A DNA stretch of 64,000 bases. Origin: Vicugna vicugna (lineage: Eukaryota). Location: NCBI GenBank assembly GCA_013265495.1, contig MU058844.1, forward strand, positions 874,941 to 938,940, written 5' to 3'. Shown here one piece after another: positions 26,105-41,023 of the stretch; position 1 is the first letter of the stretch, and each line of letters begins with the position of its first letter. Made by a program: the position numbers and the translations under genes. Under the pieces are notes generated by a model. It was not told the DNA's origin and ran no database searches. It saw only the letters and a program-made list of their open reading frames with translations.

Positions 26105-27770
26105 GTACTTATGCTTCTGGCCATGCTGGAGTAACTGATACCTATTTAGTCTTCTTACCATAAATAACGAGAAAAGTGGAAAAAAAAAGTGTAAAACCAC
26201 TGTTTTCAGAGACTGTACAACAAGTAATGTAGGGCTTTGATCCCTGAGAAAACAGAAGCATGTGAAGTGAGCCTTTTGACTACTCCAGCTTTTGACCTGG
26301 AAACATTTTCTAGACTGTGGTGCAGGTTGCGGGAAATCCAAGGAAAGCATGGTGGTCTCACTGAATCAAGGAATGAGAGGTGAAAGTTCAGGGATGTTGA
26401 ACTCAACTTTGCAAGGCAGAATGTCAGAGAGGAGGAAACAATGTTGAGGAAGAGCTCCAAAAGTCTGCACAGGGATCCACATGAGCCTTTAGCTGAATGC
26501 TAAGCTTTACACACATAAGGAGGGATTCCATGAGGCCAGGCGGGCAATAAACAGTTATTAAGGGCTGCGGCTGAAAATGATCAGAACTTGCAAAGCTGGG
26601 GAATGTTCAACTTCCAGCCAGTCAGAGAAGAAAGATGTTTGAACACTTGGGGACATTCAGTAGAAACCCCAGAAATGTCACACCTTAGGAGTAAAGCTTA
26701 ACTAGCCCTAGCGTAAAAGCTAGTGCACACCTGACCTAACAGGCACAGGAACGAGACTCGAAAGGATCCAGCTGAATGAACTACAGGTATATTAACTGCC
26801 TGCCAGAGCAGAATTCAACATCAAAGAAGACAACAAAATCCAGACCTGTCACCATAAATATCAAAAAATTACTAGACATACAAAGAAGCAGAAAACATGT
26901 GAGCTTATAAGTAGGAGAAAAATGATTCAATGGAAATAGAACCTGAAATGAGAGAGGATAGAGCCATCAGACAAGTACTTTAACACAGCTCTTAGAATAT
27001 ACTTATGGATATAAAGGGAAAACTAATAATGAAAATAGAAGTGGAAATAAACAGAACTTTTAGAGATTAAAAAAAAGAAAATTTCACTGGATGAATATAA
27101 TAGATTGTGCAAATAGAAAACAGCACGAGTGAATATTAAGACAAGGTAATCAAAACTGTCCAAATAAAGCACAGAGAGAAAAAAGGTGGGGGAAAAAAAG
27201 AACAGTGCCTTAGTGACCTGTGAGACAGTATCATGTAACCTAGCACACATGTAATTAATGTCAAGAAACAGTGGAGAGGAGGAAAATATTTATAAAATTA
27301 GTGGTTGAAAATAATGCATAATTTGATTAAAAATACGATACCACAGAGTCAAGAAACTCAACTCCAAGCAAAGTACACCAAAAAACATCTGATTTGGATT
27401 TCATCTGAATTAAAGATATATCATATGTTTTTCAAAAGACACCATTACAAAAATAAAAGCCAAGACACAGACTGGAAGAAAATATATGTAGCACATCTAT
27501 CCGACAATTTAGAAGTATCCAGAATATATAAGGAACTCTTATTACTCAATCTGATCAGTGATTTAGAGCCAGAGATGAGTGGAGGGCACTGACTGCACAG
27601 GAGCAGGAGCATGAGGGATCTTTGGGGGTAGTCAAAATAGTCTCCTCTTGATTCTGGTTGTGGTTAAATGAGTATAAATATTTATCAAATCTATTCAAAC
27701 TGTACAGTTAAGTTGGATGAATTTTATTTCATCTAAATTGTAGCTCAGTAAAGATGGTTTTAAAAAGAAT
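26105..27770 (+). mobile_element. Old L1 (L1MC/ME-like) fragments: 5'/ORF1 part and 3' part
   Basis: aaaaaattactagacatacaaagaagcag; aagccaagacacagactggaagaaaatat; gtatccagaatatataaggaactctt. Confidence 0.65.
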
Positions 27771-27976
27771 AGGAAACTTGAGTTTTATTTTTTTTTTATA
27801 ATTTTGAGATTATGTTTACTTATTTTTGTAAAGATGTGAATAATTTTTCTTGAAAAAGAAGTTGAGATAATCTACCATAGAGCTCTTTTACATTCTCATG
27901 GTACTTACATTTCAGTTTCTTAGTTCTTTTTATATCATTTGTGACTTTCATAATTAGGATCTTGTTTCTATCATAG

Positions 27977-28177
27977 GTGACTCAACTAACAGAGAAGCTA
28001 AAGAATCAGTCAGAAAGCCATAAACAAGCCCAGGAGAATTTGCATGATCAGGTGCAAGAGCAGAAGGCACATCTTAGAGCTGCACAAGACCGCGTCCTTT
28101 CCCTAGAAACCAGTGTGAGTGAATTAAATAGTCAATTAAATGAAAGCAAGGAGAAGGTCTCCCAGCTTGACATACAG
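27977..28177 (+). CDS. EEA1: EEA1 coding exon
   Basis: tcatag|VTQLTEKLKNQSESHK...VSQLDIQ|gtaatt; 201 nt. Confidence 0.96.
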
Positions 28178-29141
28178 GTAATTTGAATTATGCGACTTAA
28201 TATGAGTTTGTAAGAATAAAGCTCCAACTTTAGGCCATCATATATTTAAAATTCTGTTTCTGTCCTTCTTTCCTCCCTGCGTTACTTATTAATGGAAAAA
28301 AATTAGGGATAGGAATTAAAAGTTGTATCCTGACACTTTGTTGAGCTTTCCTGGTTACATTTTTTTTCTCCTGTGGCGAGAGAGACTATTCTTCCTGAAA
28401 CCACCAGATCTTTTTGCTTTTCTTTTTTTATAAAGTATTTATTATGGTTTTTGAATTTCAAAGTAGTTTGATATTATACCATTAGATTTTATGTTAAAGA
28501 TTATCTGAGTTACTTTGAATTTGATTTTTAAATTTTACTTTAAAGGTTTGATTTGGTACCATTATGTATTTTAACACATTTTCTTTCAGAGGCCATTATG
28601 GCAGTCTTGCTCAATGAGTCAATCACAGGGTGGGAATTAAGACATATTTCTTCTTCCATTCTCATCATTGGTTTCTTAATCTGTATTATAGTACAGAAAG
28701 TTATAGAAGCATTTCTGCACCTTAATTTTCTTTATTTTAGGAGAATAATCCCATTGAAAATCAGAAATAATATAATAAAGTAATATAACATTATACTTAT
28801 TAGAACATAGAAAAAGAGGATATACATTTCTTTCTTTCTAACATTTAATTGTTAGAGGAATTACAGATAATTCAGTATGTGGATGTCCAGTTTAAGAGGG
28901 AGAAGTGTTTCGGTATCATATAGGGGCATCTTTGTATCATTTATCAAAATATCATTAGGAGTCTTCTCTCCTACTCATTCCTGTTTGGGGGATTATCACA
29001 TACTTATATTTTAAAGTCTAAATCCTATGTGTTCTGCCAAAGGAGCTTTTCTAATAATTTAGTGACAAAAGTAATGTATATTCAATCAAAGGGAAATCAG
29101 GAACTAAATACAAATTAAATGACTTGTAAATTTTGTTACAG

Positions 29142-29255
29142 ATTAAAGCCAAAACTGAATTATTGCTATCGGCAGAAGCAGCAAAAACTGCTCAAAGAGC
29201 AGATCTTCAAAATCATTTGGACACAGCCCAAAATGCATTACAAGATAAACAGCAG
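29142..29255 (+). CDS. EEA1: EEA1 coding exon
   Basis: ttacag|IKAKTELLLSAEAAKTAQRADLQNHLDTAQNALQDKQQ|gtagcg; 114 nt. Confidence 0.95.
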
Positions 29256-30089
29256 GTAGCGGAACCTGATGCAATTTCTTACCATACCCTAATGTTTTGG
29301 TAGATAAATTAACTGGAAACATGTATAAAAATGATACCCAGCTTTCTATAATGTTGTGATCTACTTGCTTATTCTCCTTAATTTCTCCCTGAGTTCAGAA
29401 CCAGTTGAGTGGTAGGTACAAGAGCCAGATAGAAGGAGATAAAACTATCATCTTTGTTTTTGATAAAACTCAACTTGTGTGCAGCTGAGGTCGGGCTTTT
29501 TGAGATTGTATTTCTCCCATAATATAGACCTTGGTGTGGAGCTGAAATATTTATTCCTAATTATTGAATTGCTGCTTCATTCCATCAAGGGCCAGTGATT
29601 AAAGACAGACAGACTTCCACAACTGTTCTTAGTAGGAAATTGGGCTATGACCCAAATATACTTACCACTGGAAGCACAAAAACAGTACCATGTATTTCAT
29701 CTCAGTAGTAAGAGTTACTTTCTTTTCTTGGGAGGAAGGAGTAAGTGGGGCTGGAAGGAATACAGAAGTTAACTTTTCTCAGTACTTCTGATAGAATAAA
29801 AGCTTCCTACTTTAGGGTCACAGTCAAAATGCTGGTAGATTTTTGTTACCTTTTACCAGGTAGGACTTTTTAAAATGTACTTTTTATTTGAGAAGTAATA
29901 CAGGTTGTTGATTCAGTTTTTTTTTTTTTTTTTGGAAACAATGCAGTAGTATATCAAGTTAACAAAGCAGAATCGTTTTCTGTATTTACCCTAAACCCCA
30001 ATTCCATTTTCCTCCTTAGATGGAATGTTTGCCATTAAATTTGGTATGTATCCTTCTAGACTTTTATAAGCATTGAACAAGTATATAAT

Positions 30090-30111
30090 ACACACACACA
30101 CACACACACAC
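30090..30111. repeat. (CA)n microsatellite
   Basis: Directly visible. Confidence 0.9.
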
Positions 30112-31488
30112 TCACTGATCTTTTTCTTTTATGTACATAGTATCATTAAATATGTTGTTTTGCAACTTACTTTTTACTTACATTATTGCTAAACACATCA
30201 GGAAAGTATTTTTTAAGCGCAAGATCAGTGCCAGAAACTATAATGGAAAAACTGCTTATGAGAATATCCACATAAAGTTTAAAATTTATCTGCCAAACAT
30301 ATTACTAACAAAATTCTATTAGCAAGTAGCAACAGAATAAAACATTTTCTGAAGTATGTCTGATGAAGGGTTAATATTTTTGACTTATAAAACACTATTC
30401 ATATGAAAAAAGTCAACCTGCAATAAAGTAAGTGATCAAAACTATACTCCCAAATCCTCAAGTTCATTAAGCATCAGTTGTAGCTTAAGACAATAAGGGA
30501 ATATGCTCTTATGGAAGTAAAATGTTTGTGTCTATGTGTTTGACACTGGAAGGAATAGTCGTGGTATAGAAGAACATTGCTTGTGATAGTATATAGTAGT
30601 TCAGCCTTTTGATGGTGGTAGGGGGAGCTGATTGGTAATATATTTATTTCAAGACCTTTAGGATTTTTCATATTCTGTAGTTCACTGTTAGTTCTGTACC
30701 CTAAGAAAATAATCACAGCTTTAAGGATGCTGTTTGCATCTCTGCTGAAAACTTAGTAGCAATCTAAGAATATAAAATAGGACATTTGGCTAAAAAATGG
30801 TCTGTATCAATAAAATGGAAATTTATGCAGTCAGGTATAAAAATATTCTTGAAAATAATGCCATAGTTTCATGATGCACTGTTATGTAAAAACAAGGGAA
30901 GTTATGATAAAACTGTGTAAAGCGAGATCCTTTATTTTTAAAAGTACAAATCAAAAAATAGAAACTAAAATTCAGAAAAGACTAGAAGGAAAGTTATCAA
31001 AATATTAATAGTGATCATCTGTGGGTAGTGGATTTCCTAGTAATTTTTTTCTGTGCAACTAGATATTCTGAATGAATTGAAAAAGTACCATAGATGTAGT
31101 CACTATAATTTAAAAAGATACTATTTAAAAAAATGGTGTGTCTTGAATGTTGAAAACATTTAATTAAAATATAAAAAGTGTTATTTTAGTATTAGCCTAG
31201 TTAATATTCTGTTGTATCTTTTGGTTCCTAAAATAATTTTTCCTAGAAAAAGTTACTGAGCCGCTTATGTATATAAACTTGTACCTCAGACTATGTACAA
31301 CTGGACTTCAGGTCCTTTATATTGGTGGGTAAATATAATCTGTGATATATTATTAGACTTATCTGTGGTCTTATTCAAAACAGTTTCTTAAATAAAGTTA
31401 AGGTATTCTGTTTTACTTTGACCAAATATTTTGGCACTATAATAAAGTAAACCTTACCAAAGTTATCTTTAATTGTACTTTTCTATAG

Positions 31489-31644
31489 GAATTAAATAAG
31501 ATCACTACTCAGTTGGATCAGGTCACTATGAAATTGCAGGATAAGCAAGAACATTGCAGTCAGCTGGAAAGTCATCTTAAAGACTATAAAGAGAAACACC
31601 TCTCTTTAGAACAGAAAACTGAAAAATTAGAAGGTCAAATTAAG
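31489..31644 (+). CDS. EEA1: EEA1 coding exon
   Basis: ctatag|ELNKITTQLDQVTMKLQDKQEHC...LEGQIK|gtttgt; 156 nt. Confidence 0.95.
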
Positions 31645-33337
31645 GTTTGTATAAAAGAAACTGAATTTAGCCATTATCTACTGCTGTAGCAATGGAAATT
31701 GATGACCTAGATGGAGTCAAAGATTTTAAATTTCTAAACAAAGATGAAGTTGTGATGTAAATTGAAAAAAATTACTTGTAATTTTTCATGTCTTAATTTT
31801 GAATTTTATCTTTTAATTTCTTCATTAATGGATGGCTTTTACAAGTAGAAGTTAACTTATATACTGATGCCATTGTAATGTATAAATGTTTCAAAGAGAC
31901 AAGCAGCCAGGGGTCTACTGATTCTATAATTACAAGGAACTTATTTTTTTGTTGTTGTGAACTTTCTTCTGCTCTATCATTCCAGTCTCCTTATAATAAT
32001 AGACTTTTTTCTTTTTAAACTTTATATTTGTACCCTTTGGATTTTGTTTCTAATACTATTAAATTTATTATAATTTTTACTATAGCAAACTGTATCTGTC
32101 TTTAACATTACTACAAGTGAAAGTGTTGATTTACACTAAAGAAATTAAATGACTACACATATGAGAGAAGGATTTGACCTGAGTCTTTTGTCCTCAGTTG
32201 GAACTACTGTGAATTAAATTTCTTAAGTTGCTATATGTGTAACGTATACCTTCACAGTCAGATGAAGCACTTCTGTATAATTGTAGAATCATAGGATATG
32301 TATATGTATACGTGTACATCCACACCAATATAACATGGAAGAAGAAAATTACGTTTATAGTTCTGCCTATGGGTTCCTTTTTCTTTTCTTTATGGTCAAT
32401 GATAATAGTATGATAAATTATTTGATGTAATAGTTGAAAAAAACAGAAAAACTATTTTGCTGAAAAGCATCTAATAAGAATTCTATTCGCGTATCTTTTA
32501 AAAATATTTATTTAGAACCAATAATGTCCATTGTGATCTATCATAGTATCAGATATTTAACATTTTGTACTTATTATTTTAGGGGGTATTCAATCTATTT
32601 TATTTATTTTTGTACATATAGTTATAGAATTAACATAGTTACATGAAATATCCAATGGACATGCTGAGTAAGATCCACAAGTACCCAAATTGGTTTATAA
32701 AATATTTAGGGTGTAGAATTTTTACATGCATATGCTTAACAGTTTGATTTTGTAAATTTGTAAAAATACGGACAGTTTTTTATATATATGTATGAGACAG
32801 AAACCACACAGTAATCTCTAGACCAAGAGATTAAAAAAGCAAAATTAGGAGTTTAATTGGCTTTCTATTTAGGGTCAATAGGTGTTAGTGAGAAGGATGA
32901 CATGACAACTCCATTTTAGTTTCGAGTATGTATAATTATGTCAGTGTTGTTAACTGTGAACATAAAGGATTATATATTGTAAGTGGGCCCATGTGTGTAA
33001 AACCTGTTGCTTAGTTTTTTCATACTTGAGTTAATAATTTTTATTTAAATAATTATTTTAAAGTTTATTTTCTTATTCAGCATTCATTTTAAAAAGTAAA
33101 ACCTTGGTGACTGCCTCTCATATATAAAGCCTGCTGCCAGGTCCTCTGAGAGATTCCAAGATAAATGGTTCCTTTATGCAGTGATGGCTTTAGAATGTGT
33201 TTTTTATTATAACATAAATATTTTTGGTTGTTTTTTGTGTGCTATGTCAACACAAATTTGAGTATAAACAAAATGTTATGATGTTTCATACAGAGATAAT
33301 TGTTGACATTAAAATGATTATTACATTTCTTCCATAG

Positions 33338-33477
33338 AAACTAGAAGCTGATGCTCTTGAAGTTAAAGCAAGCAAGGAGCAAGCTTTGCAGGATCTACAA
33401 CAGCAAAGACTGCTGAACGCAGATTTAGAGCTTAGAGCCACAGAACTGAGTAAACAACTTGAAATGGAGAAAGAAAT
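33338..33477 (+). CDS. EEA1: EEA1 coding exon
   Basis: ccatag|KLEADALEVKASKEQ...QLEMEKE(AT)|gtaagc; 140 nt, phase 0/2. Confidence 0.95.
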
Positions 33478-36087
33478 GTAAGCCAAACTACTTAAGAGAG
33501 AGGATTATAAACTAAGTATTGAAATTTTCTTAAAGTTTCAATTTTGCTATCACAGTGCTTAGAGATTTATTAAATGTTTCTTTCTGTTGATTCTATAAAC
33601 TGCTGATACTAATGTGAATGAAAATAAAGCCATTGTAATATGGTTTAATAGGAAGGCTTGCGACCAGTCACATTTCGGTAGACTTTGTCTTTAAATGCTA
33701 AATAGATCACTCTGAGTTGACAGACTTGATCTGTGTCAAGAGGATGAGGGTGTTTGACTCTCAGTAGTAAAGATGGAAACTGGGATCCTGGGAAATGAAA
33801 TAAAACCCATCAAAATTGATGATAATTATTTTTCATTGCATGGTTTCATCCTTGTTTTGAGAGTAATGACAGAAAAAGCTTTTGTTTTCACATCTAATAA
33901 TTTGGGTCTTGGTACTGTGAATTTGAGGATATAAAGATACATCTTGTGCCTCAGATGGCATTTCTTCTCACTGTTAACATCATATTTCCAGTGCCTAGGC
34001 ATTTAGGGAGTACATTTGATCCTCTGTATTACCCACTGAGTGGCTGGTCATCTCTAGAACCCAGTCATATGTCCATGAAGATGACCTCTGAGTTGGTTCT
34101 TACTCTTAGGCCCAATGGTTCTTTCCATTTCTAATGGATTTAAGGGAAATGAGCCCATTTCCATTCTGTGTTCTAATCTCATGGTTCAGAACTCAGGGTC
34201 TTTCACATCATATTGGGGTAGGAAAACGTTTTAATACTAAGGGTTTATCCCTCCCCCTCTTAGACTGTATGCAAACATTTCTTATGTAGGGTCCTGCATT
34301 TCTAGAGAACCAGCAAGAAATGAGGGCTGGGTTAACACATCTGGGATTTGACTAAACCTCACCCCTGATCATAGGGCCCAGCCTAAATAGGGTACAGGGC
34401 TCCCCTTTCTCAAGGGCCACCTACATTATGCAAGAAACTCTTTCCCTTCAATTTCCATCTTATAATGTGTTTTCATTACTTTGCAGTTTAATGTGTTTTC
34501 AAATATCCTTTGTACTTTCTTCTTCTCTTGTTTACTTTTCAAATACTTGGGGCTCTTCTGGATATCTTACTGTTATGGGTTTCTAATTTAATTCCATTGT
34601 GGTCAGAGGACACAGTAAAATTCAGACTTTTCAAACTGTCTTACTTAGGGGGCAGTGTATGCACATATATGTATTCTGTGTTGGATAAAGCGTTCTGTAA
34701 ATACCAACTAGGTTCAGGTGGTTGATAATGTTCTAATCTGTTCCCTTGCTAATTCGTTTCTCTGGTTCTGTCAGTTTCTGAGAAAGGGGTGTTAAGGTTC
34801 CCAGATTGTGGATTGATTTATTACTTCCTTTAGTGGCTTAAAAACAAAACAAACTAAGTTTTATATTCACTATGCAAGCCTTTATATTTGTTTTGCCTTC
34901 TTTCACATAGTCTTCTGATTTTACAGTAATTATTTATAGGAAAGTTAAGTAGCATGGTACATAAATACAACAAGTCCTAATTTTAAGGTTGCTTGACAGG
35001 GATTTTAACTATATTAAAATGGTAAAATAGTATTAGTGTAATGACTTTTCTCTTTAGAGCTTTAAAAATCAGTGAGGTACAGTATCTTATGAATGTACTT
35101 AACTTCATATTTTCTGACTGCTTTTTAAAAAGTACAAGTTTCTGGGACTAAAAGTTAGAAAATTTCAAGGTATGTATGCAGTTCTGGTATTCTATTAATA
35201 TCCACCTTCAGTTATGTGGCTGCTACATCTTTTGGCAACTTCTGTTTAACATACTGTTGAATTTATACTGATAATAAAGTACACTGGGTATAGTATGCAT
35301 TCTAGAAGTATTACTTTGCACCTGGTTTTATTTTCACTTTAAAGATGGTTGATCTTTAATGTGTGCTTTTCTTTTGATACATAACATGCATAATTTTATT
35401 CCTGTTATGAAAAGTGTCTTTAACTCTTTAAAAGCTACATCTTCATCACCTCATTCTTGTAACTTTTTTATTCATTTGAGTATAGAAAACTTATGTTAAG
35501 GGACAAATGATAACAAATCTCTTATATAATCTGCTAGGCTGTAGGATTAAAGTAAATCTTTTGTCTTTCCTCTGTGTTTGAAATGAAATATATATATATA
35601 TATATATTTAACTATTTTTTTCTGGGTTAACCTTATGCATTTTGAAGTTTAAGACCTGTCAAACAAATGTGTTTTATGTTTTCAAGGAAGGAGGCAAAGT
35701 TCTCAATGTGCTTGGGGTCTAACATAATAAATAGGTTCTTTAGGGTATTTGGAAAAACTTTTCTGGCTATTGTAGACTATACGGTTTGCTATATGCACAT
35801 TCTTTGGGGATACACTGTGGTCTGCAAGACTGAATTTAGTCAAAGGCTTAGATGGTCTTGGCTTTACTACTAATTTATTTGACTTGAGGAGAATCGTCTT
35901 TATCTGTTCAATGATCAGATCAGATGTCTTAAGGCATTTTTCAGTTGTTTATGACATTAAATTACTACTTTTACTTCTTAACACAGAGAAGTCTTAAAAC
36001 TCAATAATTTATTTATTAATTTTTAAGGATAAATTAGAATTTATAAATTAATGCAATTATTTTAAAAATTGTTTCTTGAATCTTTAG

Positions 36088-36418
36088 AGTATCCAGTACA
36101 AAGTTCGACCTACAGAAGAAATCTGAAGCCCTTGAAAATACTAAGCAAATGCTTACCAAGCAAGAGGAAGAAAAAATGATCCTTAAACAAGAAATTGAAA
36201 GTTTAAGTCAAGATGCAAAGATGCAGCACCAGGAATTGAATAACAAAATTCAAACAGCAGCAACAGAACTACAAAAAGTAAAGATGGAGAAAGAAACTGT
36301 AATGACAGAGCTTTTCACAGCAAAAGAAAAATTATCAAAACTTTCTGATTCTTTGAAGAACTCCAAAAGTGAATTTGAAAAAGAAAATCAGAAAGGAAAA
36401 GCTGCTATATTAGATTTG
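36088..36418 (+). CDS. EEA1: EEA1 coding exon
   Basis: ctttag|(A)VSSTKFDLQKKSEALE...KAAILDL|gttagt; 331 nt, phase 2/0, compatible with the previous exon. Confidence 0.95.
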
Positions 36419-37489
36419 GTTAGTTTATGTTTACTTTCTTAGGAAGAAGTGATTTAGATTTAAAATGTACTGATTTTTCTGCTTAATTCACAGTTGACCT
36501 TTCAGCCTACATTTAAATGATTTGAAAGTTTTTATGAAGAAAAGGAATTGGGATTACTTAACCTGAGAAAAAGATACTGGTGTTTGTGTAATTTTAAGTT
36601 GAAAATTTTTGTTCTGTTGCTGGTCTGATGATAGATTTGAGAGGTACTGCAGCACGTTTGTCCTTAGGAACATTTCCACAGAGAACATAGCTGCTGGTTG
36701 AAATGTCATTTGCTTGCTTGAAAAAAAAAAAAGAAAAAAGACCAGAAGTATCTTGATGATTCTTAACTCTAATTCTGTAAACTTTCTACTTCGTTATTCA
36801 GTATATAAAACTTTAGATAATACTATATGTCAGAGGTATCAAAAACATATTTAAACTATAGGGAAAAAAAATCTGAGTCTCAGGAAATGCTTAAATGAGA
36901 ATGTATTCTCAGAAATATTTTAACCCAGAATAACATAGAGTAACAGCAAAAGTAAAATTCTTTTGTTCTCAATATGAAGGTCAGTGAAAGTATTGAGTAG
37001 TATAAAAAATATATGATTTTTTTGTGTTACTTTTGTGTTCCTTTCTGTTTGAAGAAAACATCTTCTATCTGTACGTCTTCCCTCTTAGGTTATATGTGAT
37101 TATTTTTATTTATTATTTTAATACTTTCTTTTTAAAAATTTCCTTGCTTATATTTTCTTGAAGCCCATTCTACTTTTAAAATAGCATAAATTAATTTAAT
37201 TCTATGACATAAAAATGTGGTTTCCAAAGTGTCCTAAAATATTGTCTAAATATTATCTAAAATATTTGTGTGATTATTGGTTGATGATAGAAACTCTTAG
37301 CCTTTCCTCTCTCTACCCTCTGCTGCTGTATTTGCCTGTTTTTATTATTGACATGGTTGATTCTATCCCATCTTAAATCATCAACGATTAGAGTTTATTT
37401 TTTGTGTGCGGATTTTACTAAGCTTATAAACCAAAATTATTAAATTTACTACAGATATTTTCTGCAAAATGTAATCTCCATTTTTTTAG

Positions 37490-37591
37490 GAGAAAACTTG
37501 CAAAGAATTAAAGCATCAACTTCAAGTACAGACGGAAAGCACACATAAGGAACAGAATGAACTGAAAAAATTACTTGAAAAAGAGAAGGAG
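37490..37591 (+). CDS. EEA1: EEA1 coding exon
   Basis: ttttag|EKTCKELKHQLQVQTESTHKEQNELKKLLEKEKE|gtaaga; 102 nt. Confidence 0.95.
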
Positions 37592-38224
37592 GTAAGATTT
37601 TCTTTTTCTGTAAAATAAAATATATAAAGCATAATATATATATATTATACTTTCAATATTTTCACACTGGTAAGTCAAAAGAACATTTATTTCTCTGAAT
37701 TGTAATGGATCACATACATAGTTTAAAATTGTCATTTGTGTTCTACTAAAAAGAGTTAAGCCAGTTTATAATAAAAGGTAAAAAAAATGAAGGATTGTAA
37801 TTAATAAAAGTGGGAAATTGAGTCAATTAACTATAGAGTTACAATTAGATAATCTAGATTGAAGAACATTATTATGGTTGGAAAAAAAATCTTGATAGAC
37901 TCTAGAAATGACATTTTAAGGGCTCTTTATTTCATGGACTTTTATATTAATGGTATATTTGATGGTTGTATAACAAGAAAGTTTTCCATGGTTAATGCTT
38001 CTACTGTTCTCTATCACAAACAAGCAAATGAGTAAATGGACATATTATGTATTCTTCTCTGAAGGCATACCTCTAGCAGCTAGAGTCCAGGCATGTAGCT
38101 TTCTAGAGATCTGATTTCATCAAGCAGCAAAACCTACTCCTGACAAGTGTTTAGTGTGATTGTATTCTGGTTGTTGGCTGAAAGAAGACACCTGTACTTT
38201 AGATGCTGGCCGTAAGTGGCAAAA

Positions 38225-38480
38225 TTATACTTAGTGCCCAAGCTCTGAATCCAGATTATCAAGATTTATATCCTGGCTGTGCCATTTATTAGCCATGCTG
38301 TGTTGCCTTGTCGAGGAAGATTACTTGAGCTCTCTGAGTGCCATTTTCCTCAGCAGTAAGATGGGGCTAATCATCAGAATCTGTGTCACAGGATTACTGA
38401 GAAATAAATGGGTTAAAATATTTCAAAGTGCTTAGAAGACCAGCTGTAACAAAGTAAGTGGCCAAGTATTAGCTATTACT
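38225..38480 (+). mobile_element. MIR SINE
   Basis: tcctggctgtgccatttattagc...ttttcctcagcagtaagatggggctaat...aaagtgcttagaa. Confidence 0.75.
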
Positions 38481-39323
38481 TAATCGCTGGTTATCCTAAC
38501 ATCATTATTATTATTGTTAACACTACCTGACTCCTGTTTTGCAAAAACAAAAAACAAAAAACTTTCCTTTTGCATTGGAGTTAAGCTGAAACATCCATAT
38601 ATAGCACTGAAACTTTTTCATAAGTAGCTTTGAATATAGTCAAATGCTCAGATTAGGTTCTTAATGAAATATGCATAAAACATGAAAACATGACTTTGTC
38701 CACAGAGGAACTTCAGTGTGACATATATAATAACTAACTTTGAACAGAAATACATCCTAGTACTTTTTATAAACAAGATAATAGCAAAATATGCCTCCGA
38801 TCTCAAAATGAGGAAACTATTGTGTGGTATAGTTTACTGTCATCAGACAGATAAGAAACGGATTTCCCAAAAATCATTTTAGTTTTATCAGTTAATATGA
38901 AGTTGTCCTTTCTGACTGACTGTGGCTAACATGGTCAGTTAGAATTTTGAGAATATTCTTGAAAGACAGTAGACATTTCAGCAGTCTAAAGACTGATGTT
39001 GATATTCCTGTTTTCTGTGATACCAAGGAATACTAGCCTAGTTCATTTATAAGCTCTATCCAAATGTGTAAGTTAAAAAGGAAGGTAGGATTGAACAAAT
39101 ATTGAAGATTAATCCACTATGTCATCTAATAGTGAATAGTGTCAGTTAATGAAAGCTCCATGAGGGCAAGGGTTTTTCTTTTTGGTTTACTACTAATTAA
39201 TTACATGTGGTCAACAGACTCAGTAGTTTCTACTTCAAGTGGTGCTTGGATGAAGTAGGTACTCAATAAGTGTGTGTTGAATGGGTAAGTAAATGCTGAA
39301 CAGATTTTTTTTTTTTCTTTTAG

Positions 39324-39518
39324 ACTTCTCATCAGTTGAAGTTGGAGCTCAATTCAATGCAGGGACAAGTCACAAAGGCCCAGAATACTTTAAAACAAAA
39401 GGAAAAAGAAGAACAGCAACTTCAGGGTAACATAAAAGAGCTAAAGCAATTGACTGAACAGAAGAAAAAGCAAATTGAAGCACTCCAAGAAGAAGTTAAA
39501 GTTGCTGTTTCACAGAAG
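39324..39518 (+). CDS. EEA1: EEA1 coding exon
   Basis: ttttag|TSHQLKLELNSMQGQ...VAVSQK|gtagtg; 195 nt. Confidence 0.95.
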
Positions 39519-40664
39519 GTAGTGATATGACATTTATTTACTTTTTGTGGGAGAAAAAACTTTGCAGTTAAAATAATAATACGGTAACACAGATGAGTTG
39601 CAACAAGGAAAAATTTACATATGCTCAAAAATTTTCTAAGTTTAATGTATAAATGCATCTAATTATATGATTAAATATCTGTCTGGATTTCCATTCACTA
39701 TAACCATGTTGTGAGATAATTCTTGTTTAAAATTCTAGCACTACTCATTTGTCTGGTAGACATAAAACCACCTTTTAGTAAAATAACATTTAACTATGTT
39801 GAGAATAATTTATACATTTCTAGTGTACTAGAAAATTTTAAAAGAATTTAAAAATTAAACTTATCTTTATGGGAAAATGAGAAACAAAAATCACAAAGTG
39901 GGATAGATTTAAATATTCAGTAGTGTAGGTTTCATATAGTTGGAACAGCTTGTTTATTTTACGTTACATCATAATGAGTTCCATTTCCAACCCTATGCTA
40001 ATTTATTAACCATCTGTTCTTCATCTTAAATGTTTTAATATTTGTCCAGACCAAGAGTTGATAAAAATGGATTGAACTTACTATTTGAACCAAATGAATT
40101 TTCTCCACCATTGGTATGTGCACATTAAATAGTCCATGGAGAAGAGAGATGTAAAATCTCTAGTATGTAGAAACAAATATGTCATTAAGAGTTGGCTTGT
40201 CATATTACTAGAGGAAAAAAAAATTAACCCCACAAATATGTATTGTGTGTTGATCACTGTTCTTGTAACTATTTTGTGGCCACTTTACAAAGGAGTAATT
40301 TTCTAGTAACACAAACAAGAGTAGACAAATTTGTCTATCTTTGTGTGTGTGTGTGTTATTGTATATAATCTTAAATCAGAATGTAATTATCACAATATAT
40401 ACTTTGTTGTATGATTTTATACTTGGTCAGTTTTTTTCAAAATCTATTAGCCTCATATTCACATATTCCCTAGATCTTCATTTTCATAGCACCATAACTT
40501 AGTTAATTAAAAAAACTATTTAGCACATTTTTAATTAAATTACAAGTTACAATAAGATTTTTTTTCAGATTTATGATTGATGTATATTGACTATACTTTA
40601 CATGACTTTACTTGATGATACCTTAAAGATTATGAGATTTAGAGAAAATTTTCTTATTGGTAGT

Positions 40665-41023
40665 TGTCTTAATTTGGAGTGCTATAACAAAAATACCATA
40701 GATTAGGTGGCTTAAAACAATAAACATTTATCTTTCACCATTCTGGAGACTGGTAAGTTTAACATACAGGCACCTGACATATCTAGTGTCTAGTGAGGAC
40801 CTGCTTCCTGGCTTGTAGACAGCTGCCTTGTTGCTGTATCCTTAGATGACTAATAGAGATCATCTCATGTGTTGCTTCTTATATATAAGGGCACTAATCC
40901 CACTCATGAGGGCTCCACCCTCATGACCATATGACCTCCCAAAGGCCCCACCTCCAAATACCATCACACTGAGGATCTAGGCTTTGACATATGAATTTTG
41001 GGAGGTCACAAACATCCATAGCA
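40665..41023. mobile_element. Complete MLT1A-like solo LTR
   Basis: TG...CA ends, perfect 5-bp TSD gtagt (40660-64 and 41024-28), catgagggctccaccctcatgacc...cctcccaaaggccccacctcc motif. Confidence 0.88.

Noticed and set aside
33286..33486. Antisense ORFs over EEA1 exons (also 39422-39658, 53869-54075)
   Set aside because: Shadow ORFs of the coding strand.
40322..40337. 16-bp palindrome tagacaaatttgtcta
   Set aside because: Short and AT-rich; plausible by chance in 64 kb.
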